From IMG/VR virus record IMGVR_UViG_3300035182_001904: a DNA stretch of 64,000 nucleotides, one strand, 5' to 3'. The translations under genes and the position numbers were made by a program. The notes beneath the pieces were generated by a model. That model was not told where the DNA came from and did not search any database. It worked only from the letters and a program-made list of their open reading frames with translations. Origin of the DNA: a virus. This document shows positions 17,429 to 26,794 of this stretch, in pieces. How positions within the stretch are numbered: the stretch's first letter is position 1; every line of letters starts with the position of its first letter.

Positions 17429-17872
17429 CTATTCCTCCGGTTCGTCGGTTTCAGCGGCGTCACGTAGCGGGTTGTAGTCCCACTTGAAACGGGCGTAGCT
17501 CCACTCGTTCCCAGGTTCGTCCGGATTGTTGTTGGTGTCGTACGTCTCGAAGTTGTGTCCCTCGTCCACGTATGTATTACCAACAATACGTCGGGCATCC
17601 GCGTACGCAGCGCTCGTTGACTCACAGCCGTGCACCGGGTGACGGTCATCCTCCCCAAGGACCATCCAGCGCAACTCCTCGACAGTCATATCGAGCAGCA
17701 GTGCGATGGCTTCAAACTTCTCGACGTCGCTCTGTTTGGGGCCATGACCGGGCTCGTTGTGCCCACACGTCAGCATTTGAATGACCATGTACAAATCGTT
17801 ACGCTGCTTGTACAGCCTCGCAATCTGTTCTTCGGGCGTCATGTCTTTGATACATTTGGCAGGCTGAGACAT
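17429..17872 (-). CDS. hypothetical protein
   Basis: 147-aa ORF. Confidence 0.6.
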   Translation of the reverse strand: MSQPAKCIKDMTPEEQIARLYKQRNDLYMVIQMLTCGHNEPGHGPKQSDVEKFEAIALLLDMTVEELRWMVLGEDDRHPVHGCESTSAAYADARRIVGNTYVDEGHNFETYDTNNNPDEPGNEWSYARFKWDYNPLRDAAETDEPEE

Positions 17873-18424
17873 GTGGTTACTCCTCGGGTTCGATGGCCTC
17901 GTTGGCCTCGTAGTTCGGGTTGTTCAGGACCTCGGGGCGATAGCCCTGGAGCTTGTCCTTGATGCAGCTGAAGCAGACCCGCGCGAGCGGGATGCCTCGA
18001 GCGTCGCACTCCCACCAGGAACCGTCGCCCTTCTCGTGGCGTCCGTTGCAGGTCATTTCGATGCCTCCGGGTCAACGACGTCGATGACACGCCCGCCAGG
18101 GCTGAACTTGCAGTGCGCCCGCGCCGTCTCCAACGGAGACGACGATATAGGTTTCGGTTGCACAGGCGTGTAGCGTGACATCCGCTCAAGTGGAATACGC
18201 GCGTTCTCGTCACCTGTAATCTCGACGGCTCGGTGTTCGAGACCAAGCGGGATCTTCGGAGATCGATGTCGTCGACGCTTCACGGTCGCCACGACGGGTC
18301 CAATACCTCGAGCGCCTTGCGTGCGTGGCAACGCATGCACAGGCACACCGTGCCGCAGTTGCTACGTCGGCAAGGCTGCATGGCCGCGTCACGTAGCGCC
18401 GGGATGGCGTGTTTACGGAGAGCG

Positions 18425-19012
18425 TCATCGTGATGCATCATCAGCGCTTCGCCTTGGGTGGAAATCTTCTCCGGGCGTGGCCGGATAGTGCACCGCGCAC
18501 ACTGGGCGATACACATCGTCCCCGCCGAGCAGCACCTGTTGGTCCCCTGCGATCAACCGTTGGTTGAACGTCGCCTTGCGGTTGCAGAAAAAGCAGGTCG
18601 TCTTGACCTCTTCGATGCTGTCCGCCAGCTCGAACAAACGCTGCGACGCTGGGAAGAGGCGGCGACGGAAGTCGGTGCGCAGCCCGTAACAGATGACGGG
18701 CACGCCCTCGTGATGCGCGACGCTGTGAAGCTGATCGACTACGCGGGCCGTGAGGAACTGCGCCTCGTCAACCAACACGCACGCGATGCCTGTCCACAGC
18801 TTGTCGGGAAGGCCGTCGTCGTCGACGAGCACATCCGCCTTGGCCGAGAGCCCAGAACGCGATGCGACGACGTCCTCACCGAACCGCGTGTCCAGCTTGG
18901 GCTTGATGATGACGACGCGCTTGCCCTGCAGCTGATAGTTGTGCGCGACGGCGAGCAGGTTGAGCGTCTTGGCCGAGGAGACGACGCCGTAGCGGAAGTA
19001 GAGCTTGGCCAT
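18425..19012 (-). CDS. tdk: thymidine kinase
   Basis: LYFRYGVVSSAKT P-loop, VLVDEAQF, YGLRTDFR, C-terminal zinc lasso CFFC..YRPVCAVH. Confidence 0.93.
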   Translation of the reverse strand: MAKLYFRYGVVSSAKTLNLLAVAHNYQLQGKRVVIIKPKLDTRFGEDVVASRSGLSAKADVLVDDDGLPDKLWTGIACVLVDEAQFLTARVVDQLHSVAHHEGVPVICYGLRTDFRRRLFPASQRLFELADSIEEVKTTCFFCNRKATFNQRLIAGDQQVLLGGDDVYRPVCAVHYPATPGEDFHPRRSADDASR

Positions 19013-19013
19013 G

Positions 19014-19355
19014 CTAGTTGTCGCCTTTGTTCTGCATCACATGCAGAGCGAGCCCGCGTCCTCGCGCCATCCGCTCGCGCCGAACCTTCACGAGGTCGGG
19101 CGGACGTTTCCCACACAGCTTCGCGCCCTCTTCGAGAAGCTTCTCGAGACGCCCCACCTCTTGTGCAAGCGTCGCGTGTGCAGCTGACAACACGTCGTAG
19201 AAATCACCAGCGAGACCCCGTTCGTGACAGACCGCGTCGATCTCATCCTTGATGGCACGCAGGAGGCGCTGGTACGTGAACTCGTAGACGTCCTGCAGGT
19301 CATCCCCCACGAGACGCCTCGAGTGCGAGACACGCGAAACATGTGATGGGCTCAT
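19014..19355 (-). CDS. hypothetical protein
   Basis: helical ORF within the operon. Confidence 0.55.
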   Translation of the reverse strand: MSPSHVSRVSHSRRLVGDDLQDVYEFTYQRLLRAIKDEIDAVCHERGLAGDFYDVLSAAHATLAQEVGRLEKLLEEGAKLCGKRPPDLVKVRRERMARGRGLALHVMQNKGDN

Positions 19356-19491
19356 CGTCGTGCACAGTCATCGGCGGACCATACTGCGACGTCGCACCGC
19401 ATAAAATCTCCTCGGCGCGACTACGGATGGTGATGTGCACGAGCCCCCAGCTGTAGATGTTCCAGCCGAAGACGTTCCAATGAATCTTCAC
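19300..19491 (-). CDS. HC3 family microprotein
   Basis: SWGLVH..LCG..ITCFAC. Confidence 0.75.
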   Translation of the reverse strand: MKIHWNVFGWNIYSWGLVHITIRSRAEEILCGATSQYGPPMTVHDDEPITCFACLALEASRGG

Positions 19492-19859
19492 GACGACACC
19501 ACCGAAAGAATCTTGCAGCCAGCCTCGTGCTCGTTGATGGCGTCCTGCAACGTGCCCTCGTCGAGAAAGTGCTCGACGACCTGAGACGCCGCATCAGCGT
19601 CCCCTTCGACCTCGAGGGTGATGGTGATAGTCGACACGGGGGGTTCGTCCACGAACCCTTGCGCCAAGTTGTTGGCGAGGTCGTGTAGGAACGGAGCGAA
19701 CGGGACGTTGTGACCGTGTGCGTCGATGAGCGCCCCGACCTTCGTTGCAAACTGTGTATGCAACGACGCGAGGATGCGGTCTCGAAGTGCTTCGAGCTGT
19801 TCTTTAGACATGTCGGTCCACCATCCCACCGCGAAGCCGTCGTGCTTCGCACGAGGCAC
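19488..19859 (-). CDS. hypothetical protein
   Basis: acidic ORF within the operon. Confidence 0.55.
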   Translation of the reverse strand: MPRAKHDGFAVGWWTDMSKEQLEALRDRILASLHTQFATKVGALIDAHGHNVPFAPFLHDLANNLAQGFVDEPPVSTITITLEVEGDADAASQVVEHFLDEGTLQDAINEHEAGCKILSVVSS

Positions 19860-20076
19860 ACGTGTTTGGGTTCATCGAGCACAGCAGCTTCGCTAGCGTG
19901 TATTCGACGGCGACGACCACGCGCGATGTCGTGCCGAACTTCTGACACACGTTGGCGACGTGGAACTTCGCCGTGTGCTCGCTGATGTCGAGCTTGTCTG
20001 CGATGAGCTTGTTGGAGAGACCTTCGGTGATGAGTGCAGCGACAGCGTCCTCGCGTTGCGTGAGTAGTTTGATCAT
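19804..20076 (-). CDS. LuxR-family HTH protein
   Basis: LTQREDAVAALITEGLSNKLIADKLDISEHTAKFHVANVCQKFG. Confidence 0.88.
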   Translation of the reverse strand: MIKLLTQREDAVAALITEGLSNKLIADKLDISEHTAKFHVANVCQKFGTTSRVVVAVEYTLAKLLCSMNPNTCASCEARRLRGGMVDRHV

Positions 20077-20083
20077 GTTTCTC

Positions 20084-20314
20084 CTAGATCGTGCACTTGA
20101 GTTCGATGATGTCCATGCGCTGACGTGAGCGGTCGGCGATGCACCAGAGACACGTCACGATGCCGCCCCAGCGCCAGTCGTACGCACGGGGCACAGTGAC
20201 ATAGCCGCCACACCGCACGTTCAGCTTGGCTTCGGGTGCATGATCTCGTACGGAAATGAAGTGGACGGTCGTGACTTCATGCACGAGGTTATCGATGAAG
20301 ACACAGTCGGTCAC
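20084..20314 (-). CDS. HC3 family microprotein
   Basis: IDNLVH..RCG..VTCLWC. Confidence 0.75.
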   Translation of the reverse strand: MTDCVFIDNLVHEVTTVHFISVRDHAPEAKLNVRCGGYVTVPRAYDWRWGGIVTCLWCIADRSRQRMDIIELKCTI

Positions 20315-20559
20315 GTCGACGTCACCAGGTTCGGCCCACCAACACCCCACTCGAACCAACACAACGAACTGCCATCCGCGCCACTGAGGCACCAGAAGCA
20401 CGTGGGTACGGCGTTCACGTCATAGTGCTGGTCCATCGACGATGCAGCGAATCGACCCCGGCACATGGCGAGGTTGAGCATTCGAACATCACGAAGGTGG
20501 ACGACAGGATCGGGTCCTTTGATGCGGACGTAGTCGGTGTACTTCATGACGTAGGCCAT
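20311..20559 (-). CDS. HC3 family microprotein
   Basis: PDPVVH..MCR..PTCFWC. Confidence 0.75.
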   Translation of the reverse strand: MAYVMKYTDYVRIKGPDPVVHLRDVRMLNLAMCRGRFAASSMDQHYDVNAVPTCFWCLSGADGSSLCWFEWGVGGPNLVTST

Positions 20560-20810
20560 CAGCGTTGGGCTCCTGCGATGCACCAGAGACACGTGACGTC
20601 GGCGAGCGTATCTTCGAGGGTCTCGTTCGCGTACGGGTCGCACGCAGGCATGCGAATCCGGTCAACATCACCAGGCGCATATCGCACATGGACGACGCCT
20701 CGGGTATCACACAACGCCCACGGCAACCCGCTGCGCGGGACGTGCAGCAAAGGGCCGTGCTTGCTCATCGGCGGAGGTGTGTGAGGTGTTGGACGACGGA
20801 ACTTGGTCAT
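20559..20810 (-). CDS. HC3 family microprotein
   Basis: DTRGVVH..ACD..VTCLWC. Confidence 0.75.
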   Translation of the reverse strand: MTKFRRPTPHTPPPMSKHGPLLHVPRSGLPWALCDTRGVVHVRYAPGDVDRIRMPACDPYANETLEDTLADVTCLWCIAGAQR

Positions 20811-21025
20811 GGGGCTTCGTCGCCTTTTGCCAAACATTGGAGGCAAGTTATGAAGCCCTTGAAGACGCGCGGCTTCTTGCCACCGCTTGTCGTCCAAAGC
20901 GTGTCGTGAGACTCACACAACGTGGCCCACGCGAACGTGCCGTCGTTCCACCACTCGACGACAACATGTCGAACACCATCAACCTTCCAGACGACATCCG
21001 GCAGGGTGCGGTTGTCCCAGCTCAC
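20807..21025 (-). CDS. HC3 family microprotein
   Basis: VDGVRH..LCE..ITCLQC. Confidence 0.75.
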   Translation of the reverse strand: MSWDNRTLPDVVWKVDGVRHVVVEWWNDGTFAWATLCESHDTLWTTSGGKKPRVFKGFITCLQCLAKGDEAP

Positions 21026-21198
21026 CGGAACCTCCTGCCCGCGATGCACCAGAAGCACGTCACGGGTCGAGCGGTACGGATCGGGCCCCGATGGCTACCC
21101 GGAACGTAGACGCTCATGCGGCACTTGTGGTTATTCGAAGAGCCGATGACGTGAAAGTGCACAAGACCTCGAGCATCCACAACGTGGGGATAGTTCAC
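21022..21198 (-). CDS. HC3 family microprotein
   Basis: DARGLVH..KCR..VTCFWC. Confidence 0.75.
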   Translation of the reverse strand: MNYPHVVDARGLVHFHVIGSSNNHKCRMSVYVPGSHRGPIRTARPVTCFWCIAGRRFR

Positions 21199-21728
21199 GG
21201 CGGCTTGATCTCCTCGAGGGGACGCCCGTAGCCACGCCACTCCTTCAAGCAGTCATCACACGTGATGACTCGGTGGCGCGCGGTCAGGAACTTGCGGATG
21301 GAGACGCCACACATCGCGTAGGGGGACTCCGCACGAACGATGTGCACGGTGTTCGGGTGATACGGATACTCGAGCAACCGTGCGTCCGTGCCTGGGCCGA
21401 GCGTGTAGTGTTTGTCGGTGGGCATGTTGGCGTAGCGCCAATGCCGAGGGTTGATACATGTGGCCAAGCCGCACGTATTGTTGAGCACCAGACGCTTGAT
21501 GCCGACCCCGTCGTTCTCCCAGCACCACAGCAACCGAGCCACCACGAACTGTGTGGAGACTTCATACGGCGGTGACCATGGAAAGATGGCGGTAGGACCT
21601 TCGCCATCGTCGTGGAACTCCGCGAGCCAGTACCAGTGATTCGGGGTGACCTCGACGAACGGGTCAACAAGGTCACGTGGAGGCAGTACCGTAGAGCGTC
21701 CGTGGTGTGGTTGTAGGCGAGCACCCAT
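21195..21728 (-). CDS. degenerate HNH-like domain fused to an HC3 module
   Basis: VARLLWCWE..NNTCGLATCINPRHW, then PNTVH..MCG..ITCDDC. Confidence 0.7.
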   Translation of the reverse strand: MGARLQPHHGRSTVLPPRDLVDPFVEVTPNHWYWLAEFHDDGEGPTAIFPWSPPYEVSTQFVVARLLWCWENDGVGIKRLVLNNTCGLATCINPRHWRYANMPTDKHYTLGPGTDARLLEYPYHPNTVHIVRAESPYAMCGVSIRKFLTARHRVITCDDCLKEWRGYGRPLEEIKPP

Positions 21729-22315
21729 CAGCAACCTCCTTTGCATGTGATGACAGCGTTCGAGGCGAGCACGACCGAGACCTCGGGGATGATGAGGGCA
21801 TCGCACATCGCAACGAAGCGCGACGTGAGGTGAGGAGGCGCCGAGACCGTGTGGGAGACGCCGTGCTGGTCGCGCACGGCCAGGAGAAGGCGGGCCTGGA
21901 CAACGCGCCCCGAACGAACCTCAGCAACCCGCCACCCTTCGGCCAGGGGGTGGAAGCGGTAGCGGACGGGCAGCGAACGCCACTTCCAGTGGTTCGGGTT
22001 CACGCAGTGCGGAAGCGAACACAAAGGCTCGAAAACTGAGTACTCCGGGAAGGGGCCTTTGTAGTGTTCGATAAGCAACCGTGCAACCGAGAAAATTGCA
22101 CGCTTAACACTGGCCTTGGGTGACCATGAAATGATCGCTTGGCCGCCTGCACTAAGGCGTCGTGGATGTTTGGCTGCAGAATCAAGCCTCCAAAACCAAT
22201 GGTCTGAAGCGTCATCACCCTTTTCGACGTACCGCGTCAGATACTCGAGGGTCGGTCGCTGGTCCTTCAGTCGGGAGGCCGAATGAGGGATCAATAGGTT
22301 GGGCGATCTCGACAT
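21728..22315 (-). CDS. degenerate HNH-like domain fused to an HC3 module
   Basis: HWFW..VARLLIEHYKG..PLCSLPHCVNPNHW, then DQHGVSH..MCD..ITCKGGC. Confidence 0.7.
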   Translation of the reverse strand: MSRSPNLLIPHSASRLKDQRPTLEYLTRYVEKGDDASDHWFWRLDSAAKHPRRLSAGGQAIISWSPKASVKRAIFSVARLLIEHYKGPFPEYSVFEPLCSLPHCVNPNHWKWRSLPVRYRFHPLAEGWRVAEVRSGRVVQARLLLAVRDQHGVSHTVSAPPHLTSRFVAMCDALIIPEVSVVLASNAVITCKGGC

Positions 22316-22476
22316 TGTCGTTTTAGACCTCGTACTCCATTAATATGGATGGACCCAGGAAACGCTGCGGCCGCCGCGGCGCCTCTACTCTACTCTATAT
22401 ACTAGGATCATAATGGTTTTAGTTTAGGGGGTCGAGGGGGAGGGGCCAAATCGCAACATTTAACGCGGAACCAACA

Positions 22477-22651
22477 GCAACCTAACCGATTACCGGTATG
22501 ATTTCGGCGTAGCGCACGAGGTACATGTGGTGTAGGTTGGTGTGTGCCGACGTACGTGAGACGACGACACGTAAGATAACGTGCGCAAAAACCGAAAAAA
22601 TACGTCTTTTAGGCGCTAACCCGAAATCATACCGGCGATCGGTTAGGTTGC
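22477..22651. repeat. long imperfect inverted repeat (39-bp arms, 4 mismatches, 97-bp loop)
   Basis: arm 22477-22515 pairs with arm 22613-22651; lies in the 450-bp divergent intergenic region. Confidence 0.9.
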
Positions 22652-22765
22652 ACTTAGGTTGTTGTTTGTGGTTGCGGTTTACTAGAACCGCAAGGTAAAC
22701 CCTTTCACTCCTTAACGAGAGCCCTTTGGGCGTTTCCAAAACCGTTGATCACGTGAGCAGAGCGC

Positions 22766-23578
22766 ATGACGAAACACCAAGTTCATTTCACGTTTTCCTT
22801 CAAGCCGATGGAGTGGGTCGACTCAACACACTTCGCACAGCTCAATGCGCGCTTGCTTGAGGACAAATCCCCGTTTGAGTTCACGGGGTTGAATGCCTGG
22901 CAAGCACGGCATCAGTGGCAGCTTGAGGTCCCGCTCGGGCTCTTCGCCAACGACTTCCGACCAGGCCTTGTCACGCCTACACAGGACTTGGAGGCACGGG
23001 ATGCCCTCTTCGACCAGATGCGTCCGAAGCGCTTCCGTCAGGTCGACATCAGCACACGCGACGGCGTCACGTACTACCGCAAGCCGGTGTTTGAGCAGGT
23101 CCGCGCCTACCACGAGCACCCTGCCATGGCACACGCCTTCCTGGCCTTCTGGAACGCTGCTGAGAAGGATCGGCGTCTCATCAAGCCGGCGCCCCCCAAG
23201 AAGCCGCTCCTCGAGCCGTGGGAGCGCAAGCAGCGTGATGGCGACGCTTGGCGCGGCCCGCCCTGGACGGTGGAAGAAGATGCGACCCTGCGAAAGTGGT
23301 TCGGGCGTCGCACCATCGGCCCGCACGCCGGTCACCACACCTACCTGACCAAGCCCGAGTGGGACGTCGTGCTCGACGCGCTCAGCCGCCGTCGCTCCCA
23401 AGCCTCGGTGCGCCAACGCCTCGTCATCCTCAACAACCGCCTCCGCCAAGAGTTCGTCGATCGCAAGTACATCGCCGGTGGCTTCATTGGCGCACGCCAC
23501 CACGAAGAGTGGCTCGACCGTGTGCTCGGTGAGCGGCCGCGCCCTCTTCACGTGCGACCGCCGCGACGACAGGCCTGA
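22766..23578 (+). CDS. hypothetical protein with a Myb/SANT-like motif
   Basis: PPWTVEEDATLRKWFG..W..V...L.RRSQASVRQRL. Confidence 0.6.
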   Translation: MTKHQVHFTFSFKPMEWVDSTHFAQLNARLLEDKSPFEFTGLNAWQARHQWQLEVPLGLFANDFRPGLVTPTQDLEARDALFDQMRPKRFRQVDISTRDGVTYYRKPVFEQVRAYHEHPAMAHAFLAFWNAAEKDRRLIKPAPPKKPLLEPWERKQRDGDAWRGPPWTVEEDATLRKWFGRRTIGPHAGHHTYLTKPEWDVVLDALSRRRSQASVRQRLVILNNRLRQEFVDRKYIAGGFIGARHHEEWLDRVLGERPRPLHVRPPRRQA

Positions 23579-23580
23579 CG

Positions 23581-23587
23581 CTATAAT
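23581..23587 (+). promoter_or_regulatory. -10 element CTATAAT upstream of the structural operon
   Basis: cTATAATtctgcgaaGTG. Confidence 0.55.
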
Positions 23588-23595
23588 TCTGCGAA

Positions 23596-24123
23596 GTGAC
23601 GACGCCGAAGAAGGACCTCGTTCGCTACAAAGAAGTCCGTGGCGCTGACGCACGCGACGACCAGAAGTCTGCTGCCCAGATTCTCAACGCGGACGCGCTC
23701 TCGGTCACCCAAGAAGACCTGCAGGAGTTCGTCCTCTCGCAGATCAAGCGGATCATCTACGGCAACGACGCCGGGATCTGGAAGGGCGACTTCGTCGGCG
23801 CCGGCATCTCGAGCCTGGCCGACACGACGCGTCGCCTCATCAACTTCATCGACCAAGGTCCCGTCGAGGGCTACCCCAGCGGCTACAAAGAGATCACGGG
23901 CGTGCCGTGGCCCACGGCCATCACCTGGTACATCGACGCGACCAAGGCCAAGAAGATCGTCGAGAAGCTCATCACCCGCAACGTCGAGCAAGCGCCCACG
24001 CAGATCATCTGGCGGCTCTACGCAGAAGACGGAGTCACCGTGCGAATCACGTCGACCGACACGATCGTCAACACCGGCGCACCGCCCGTGTTCGAATCCA
24101 CCCGCACGCGTGTGATCACATGA
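23596..24123 (+). CDS. putative virion structural protein
   Basis: first gene of the collagen-fibre operon; beta-rich. Confidence 0.65.
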   Translation: MTTPKKDLVRYKEVRGADARDDQKSAAQILNADALSVTQEDLQEFVLSQIKRIIYGNDAGIWKGDFVGAGISSLADTTRRLINFIDQGPVEGYPSGYKEITGVPWPTAITWYIDATKAKKIVEKLITRNVEQAPTQIIWRLYAEDGVTVRITSTDTIVNTGAPPVFESTRTRVIT

Positions 24124-24380
24124 GCGACGACAACCCGAACGTCATCGTACGCAACGCCGACGGAACGGCGCGCCCGATCTCCCTCGAGCCCACGCAGCTC
24201 GACGTCTTGGCGAACCTGCAGGCCATCAACTCGCTGGTGCCTACGAAGTTCGACAACATCGCGCTCTCGTATACCGGCGGAGATCTCACCCAAGTGGTGT
24301 ACAAGCTGGGTCTGGCCGTCGTCTCGACGCTCACGCTCACGTACGCTGGCGGCAACCTCACCTCGGTGGTCAAGACCTAG
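24120..24380 (+). CDS. small virion/tail protein
   Basis: ATGA-coupled; FDNIALSYTGGDLTQVVYK..TLTLTYAGGNLTSVVKT. Confidence 0.65.
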   Translation: MSDDNPNVIVRNADGTARPISLEPTQLDVLANLQAINSLVPTKFDNIALSYTGGDLTQVVYKLGLAVVSTLTLTYAGGNLTSVVKT

Positions 24381-24382
24381 CC

Positions 24383-26794
24383 ATGGCGATCAAGTTCATC
24401 TTCAACCCGCTCACCGGAAAGTTCGACGCCGTCAACGTCGCGCCCGGTCTGCCAGGTCCTGCGGGCATCGAAGGCCCCGAAGGTGACGAAGGGCCTCAAG
24501 GTCCACCCGGTCTCCAAGGCACCACGGGTGATGCAGGTCCTCGCGGGCCTGCCGTCTTTCTCACCGCCGAAGACGGTGAACCCGGAGACGTCGGTCCGCC
24601 AGGCGCGCCAGGCGCGCAGGGCACCACGGGTGACGTCGGGCCTGTCGGTCCGGCGGTGTTTCTCGTCGGCGAAGACGGTCAAGACGGCGACCTTGGTCCG
24701 CAGGGTCCACCGGGCGTCCAGGGTATCCAAGGCCCGCTCGGCCCCACCGGCGCACAAGGCGTTGCCACGTTTCTCGAGGCCGAGCGTGGTGAAGATGGCG
24801 ACGTCGGTCCGCCCGGCGCTCCCGGGCCACAAGGCACCACCGGATCGCAGGGGCCCCAAGGCGCCGCGATCTTCCTGGCCGCCGAGCGTGGTGACGACGG
24901 CGAGATCGGACCGATGGGACCGCAGGGCCTTCCGGGCTCGAGTGGCCCACAGGGCGTCGCCACGTTCCTCGTCGGCGAAGATGGGCAAGACGGTGACATC
25001 GGACCGCAGGGCGCGCAGGGTGTTCAAGGCACGACGGGCGCGGTGGGTCCGCAGGGTCTTCCGATCTTCCTCGTCGGCGAAGACGGTCAAGACGGTGGCG
25101 ATGGACCGCAAGGTCCTGCAGGCCCGCAGGGCACCACAGGTTCGGTCGGTCCACAAGGCGTCGCAACGTTCCTCGAAGCCGAGCGTGGTGATGACGGTGA
25201 GATCGGACCTCCGGGTCCGCAAGGCGTCACCGGCGCACAAGGGCCGCAGGGCGCCGCGATCTTTCTCGAGGCGGAGCGTGGTGACGACGGTGACGTAGGC
25301 CCGATGGGGCCCGCGGGTCCGCAGGGCACGACGGGCTCGAGCGGTCCGCAGGGCCTGCCCATCTTCCTCGTCGGCGAAGACGGCCAAGATGGTGGCGATG
25401 GTCCGCAGGGGCCGCAGGGTCTTCCAGGCGCCACCGGCGGGACAGGACCGCAAGGCGTCGCCACGTTCCTCGTGGGCGAAGACGGCGCCGACGGTGAGAT
25501 CGGTCCACAAGGTCCGCAAGGTCCCACCGGCTCACAGGGACCCCAGGGTGTCGCCACGTTCCTCGATGCTGAGCGTGGTGAAGACGGCGAGCCGGGTGCA
25601 CCCGGTGCCGCAGGGCCGCAGGGCGTCACCGGCAACGTGGGTCCGCAGGGCCTGCCCATCTTCCTCGTCGGCGAAGACGGGCAAGACGGCGGCGATGGTC
25701 CGCAAGGTGCGCAGGGCCTGCAGGGTGCGACCGGCAGCGCAGGCGCGGTTGGGCCTGCGGTCTTCCTCGCAGCCGAGGACGGTCAAGACGGCGAGCCCGG
25801 CGCTCCGGGTGCAACCGGGCTCACCGGCGCAACTGGCGCAACAGGTCCCCAGGGCCTGCCGATCTTTCTCGTCGGCGAGGATGGGCAAGACGGCGACCTC
25901 GGTCCGCAAGGTGCGCAGGGCATCCAAGGCACCACGGGTGCGTCGGGACCCCAGGGCGTCGCCACGTTCCTCGTCGGCGACGACGGTGCGGATGGCGACT
26001 CCGGTCCGCAAGGCCCTCCGGGTCCACAAGGCGCGACCGGCGACACCGGCGGGATCGGCCCTGCGGTCTTTCTCGTCGGTGAAGACGGTCAAGAAGGCAT
26101 CCAAGGACCTCCCGGTCCGATCGGACCGCAGGGCGCCGCAGGCGCGCCCGCGCAGACCGGCGTGGCCGCCTACGGAGAGATGGTCAACGCTGCGTCGGCC
26201 GTCACGACGATGACGCTCGCGAGCACGTTCTACCAGATCTCGACGGGGTGGACGGCGGGTGACAACAACGGCTTCACGTTCAGCACGGACACGCTGGTCG
26301 CAGGCATCGCCGGGACGTACCTGACGATCTGCACGTTGTCGTTGTCGTGCGACGCGAACAACCAAGACCTCACCTTCCAGCTCTACAAGAACGGCAGCCC
26401 GATCGCCACGCACGTGGCCCAGCACACCTCCACAACCCCCGAGGTTGGGACGGTCACGGTGTCGGGCGTGGTCCAAGGCGTCGCACCAGGTGACACCTTC
26501 GATGTCCGGGTCTCGAACGCGACCGGGCCCGGTCACACCATCACCGTCTACTACGCCAACTACGTGTTGACCGCGGTCTCGGGCGCGGCGGGCGCTCCCG
26601 GGCCTGCCATCTTCCTCACCAGCGATGGTGAAGACGGCCAAGACGGACCGCCGGGACGCCAGGGCGTGGACGGCGCGCGCGGTGTCGATGGCGCCCCTGG
26701 GCCACCTGGACAAGATGGTGACTCAGGTGACACGGAGTACGTGGCGCCGACACGTCGTCCGAACTACGGCTTCCTCTTCTTCATGGCGGGATAA
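24383..26794 (+). CDS. segmented collagen-like fibre with a C1q/BclA-C-like domain
   Basis: Gly-X-Y runs broken by 17 xxFLxxExG linkers; beta domain [32 protein letters not shown]. Confidence 0.85.
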   Translation: MAIKFIFNPLTGKFDAVNVAPGLPGPAGIEGPEGDEGPQGPPGLQGTTGDAGPRGPAVFLTAEDGEPGDVGPPGAPGAQGTTGDVGPVGPAVFLVGEDGQDGDLGPQGPPGVQGIQGPLGPTGAQGVATFLEAERGEDGDVGPPGAPGPQGTTGSQGPQGAAIFLAAERGDDGEIGPMGPQGLPGSSGPQGVATFLVGEDGQDGDIGPQGAQGVQGTTGAVGPQGLPIFLVGEDGQDGGDGPQGPAGPQGTTGSVGPQGVATFLEAERGDDGEIGPPGPQGVTGAQGPQGAAIFLEAERGDDGDVGPMGPAGPQGTTGSSGPQGLPIFLVGEDGQDGGDGPQGPQGLPGATGGTGPQGVATFLVGEDGADGEIGPQGPQGPTGSQGPQGVATFLDAERGEDGEPGAPGAAGPQGVTGNVGPQGLPIFLVGEDGQDGGDGPQGAQGLQGATGSAGAVGPAVFLAAEDGQDGEPGAPGATGLTGATGATGPQGLPIFLVGEDGQDGDLGPQGAQGIQGTTGASGPQGVATFLVGDDGADGDSGPQGPPGPQGATGDTGGIGPAVFLVGEDGQEGIQGPPGPIGPQGAAGAPAQTGVAAYGEMVNAASAVTTMTLASTFYQISTGWTAGDNNGFTFSTDTLVAGIAGTYLTICTLSLSCDANNQDLTFQLYKNGSPIATHVAQHTSTTPEVGTVTVSGVVQGVAPGDTFDVRVSNATGPGHTITVYYANYVLTAVSGAAGAPGPAIFLTSDGEDGQDGPPGRQGVDGARGVDGAPGPPGQDGDSGDTEYVAPTRRPNYGFLFFMAG

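Noticed and set aside
18280-18434. c-type haem motif CxxCH (CMRCH)
   Set aside because: A single occurrence in a tiny ORF with no signal peptide; more likely a zinc ligand set.
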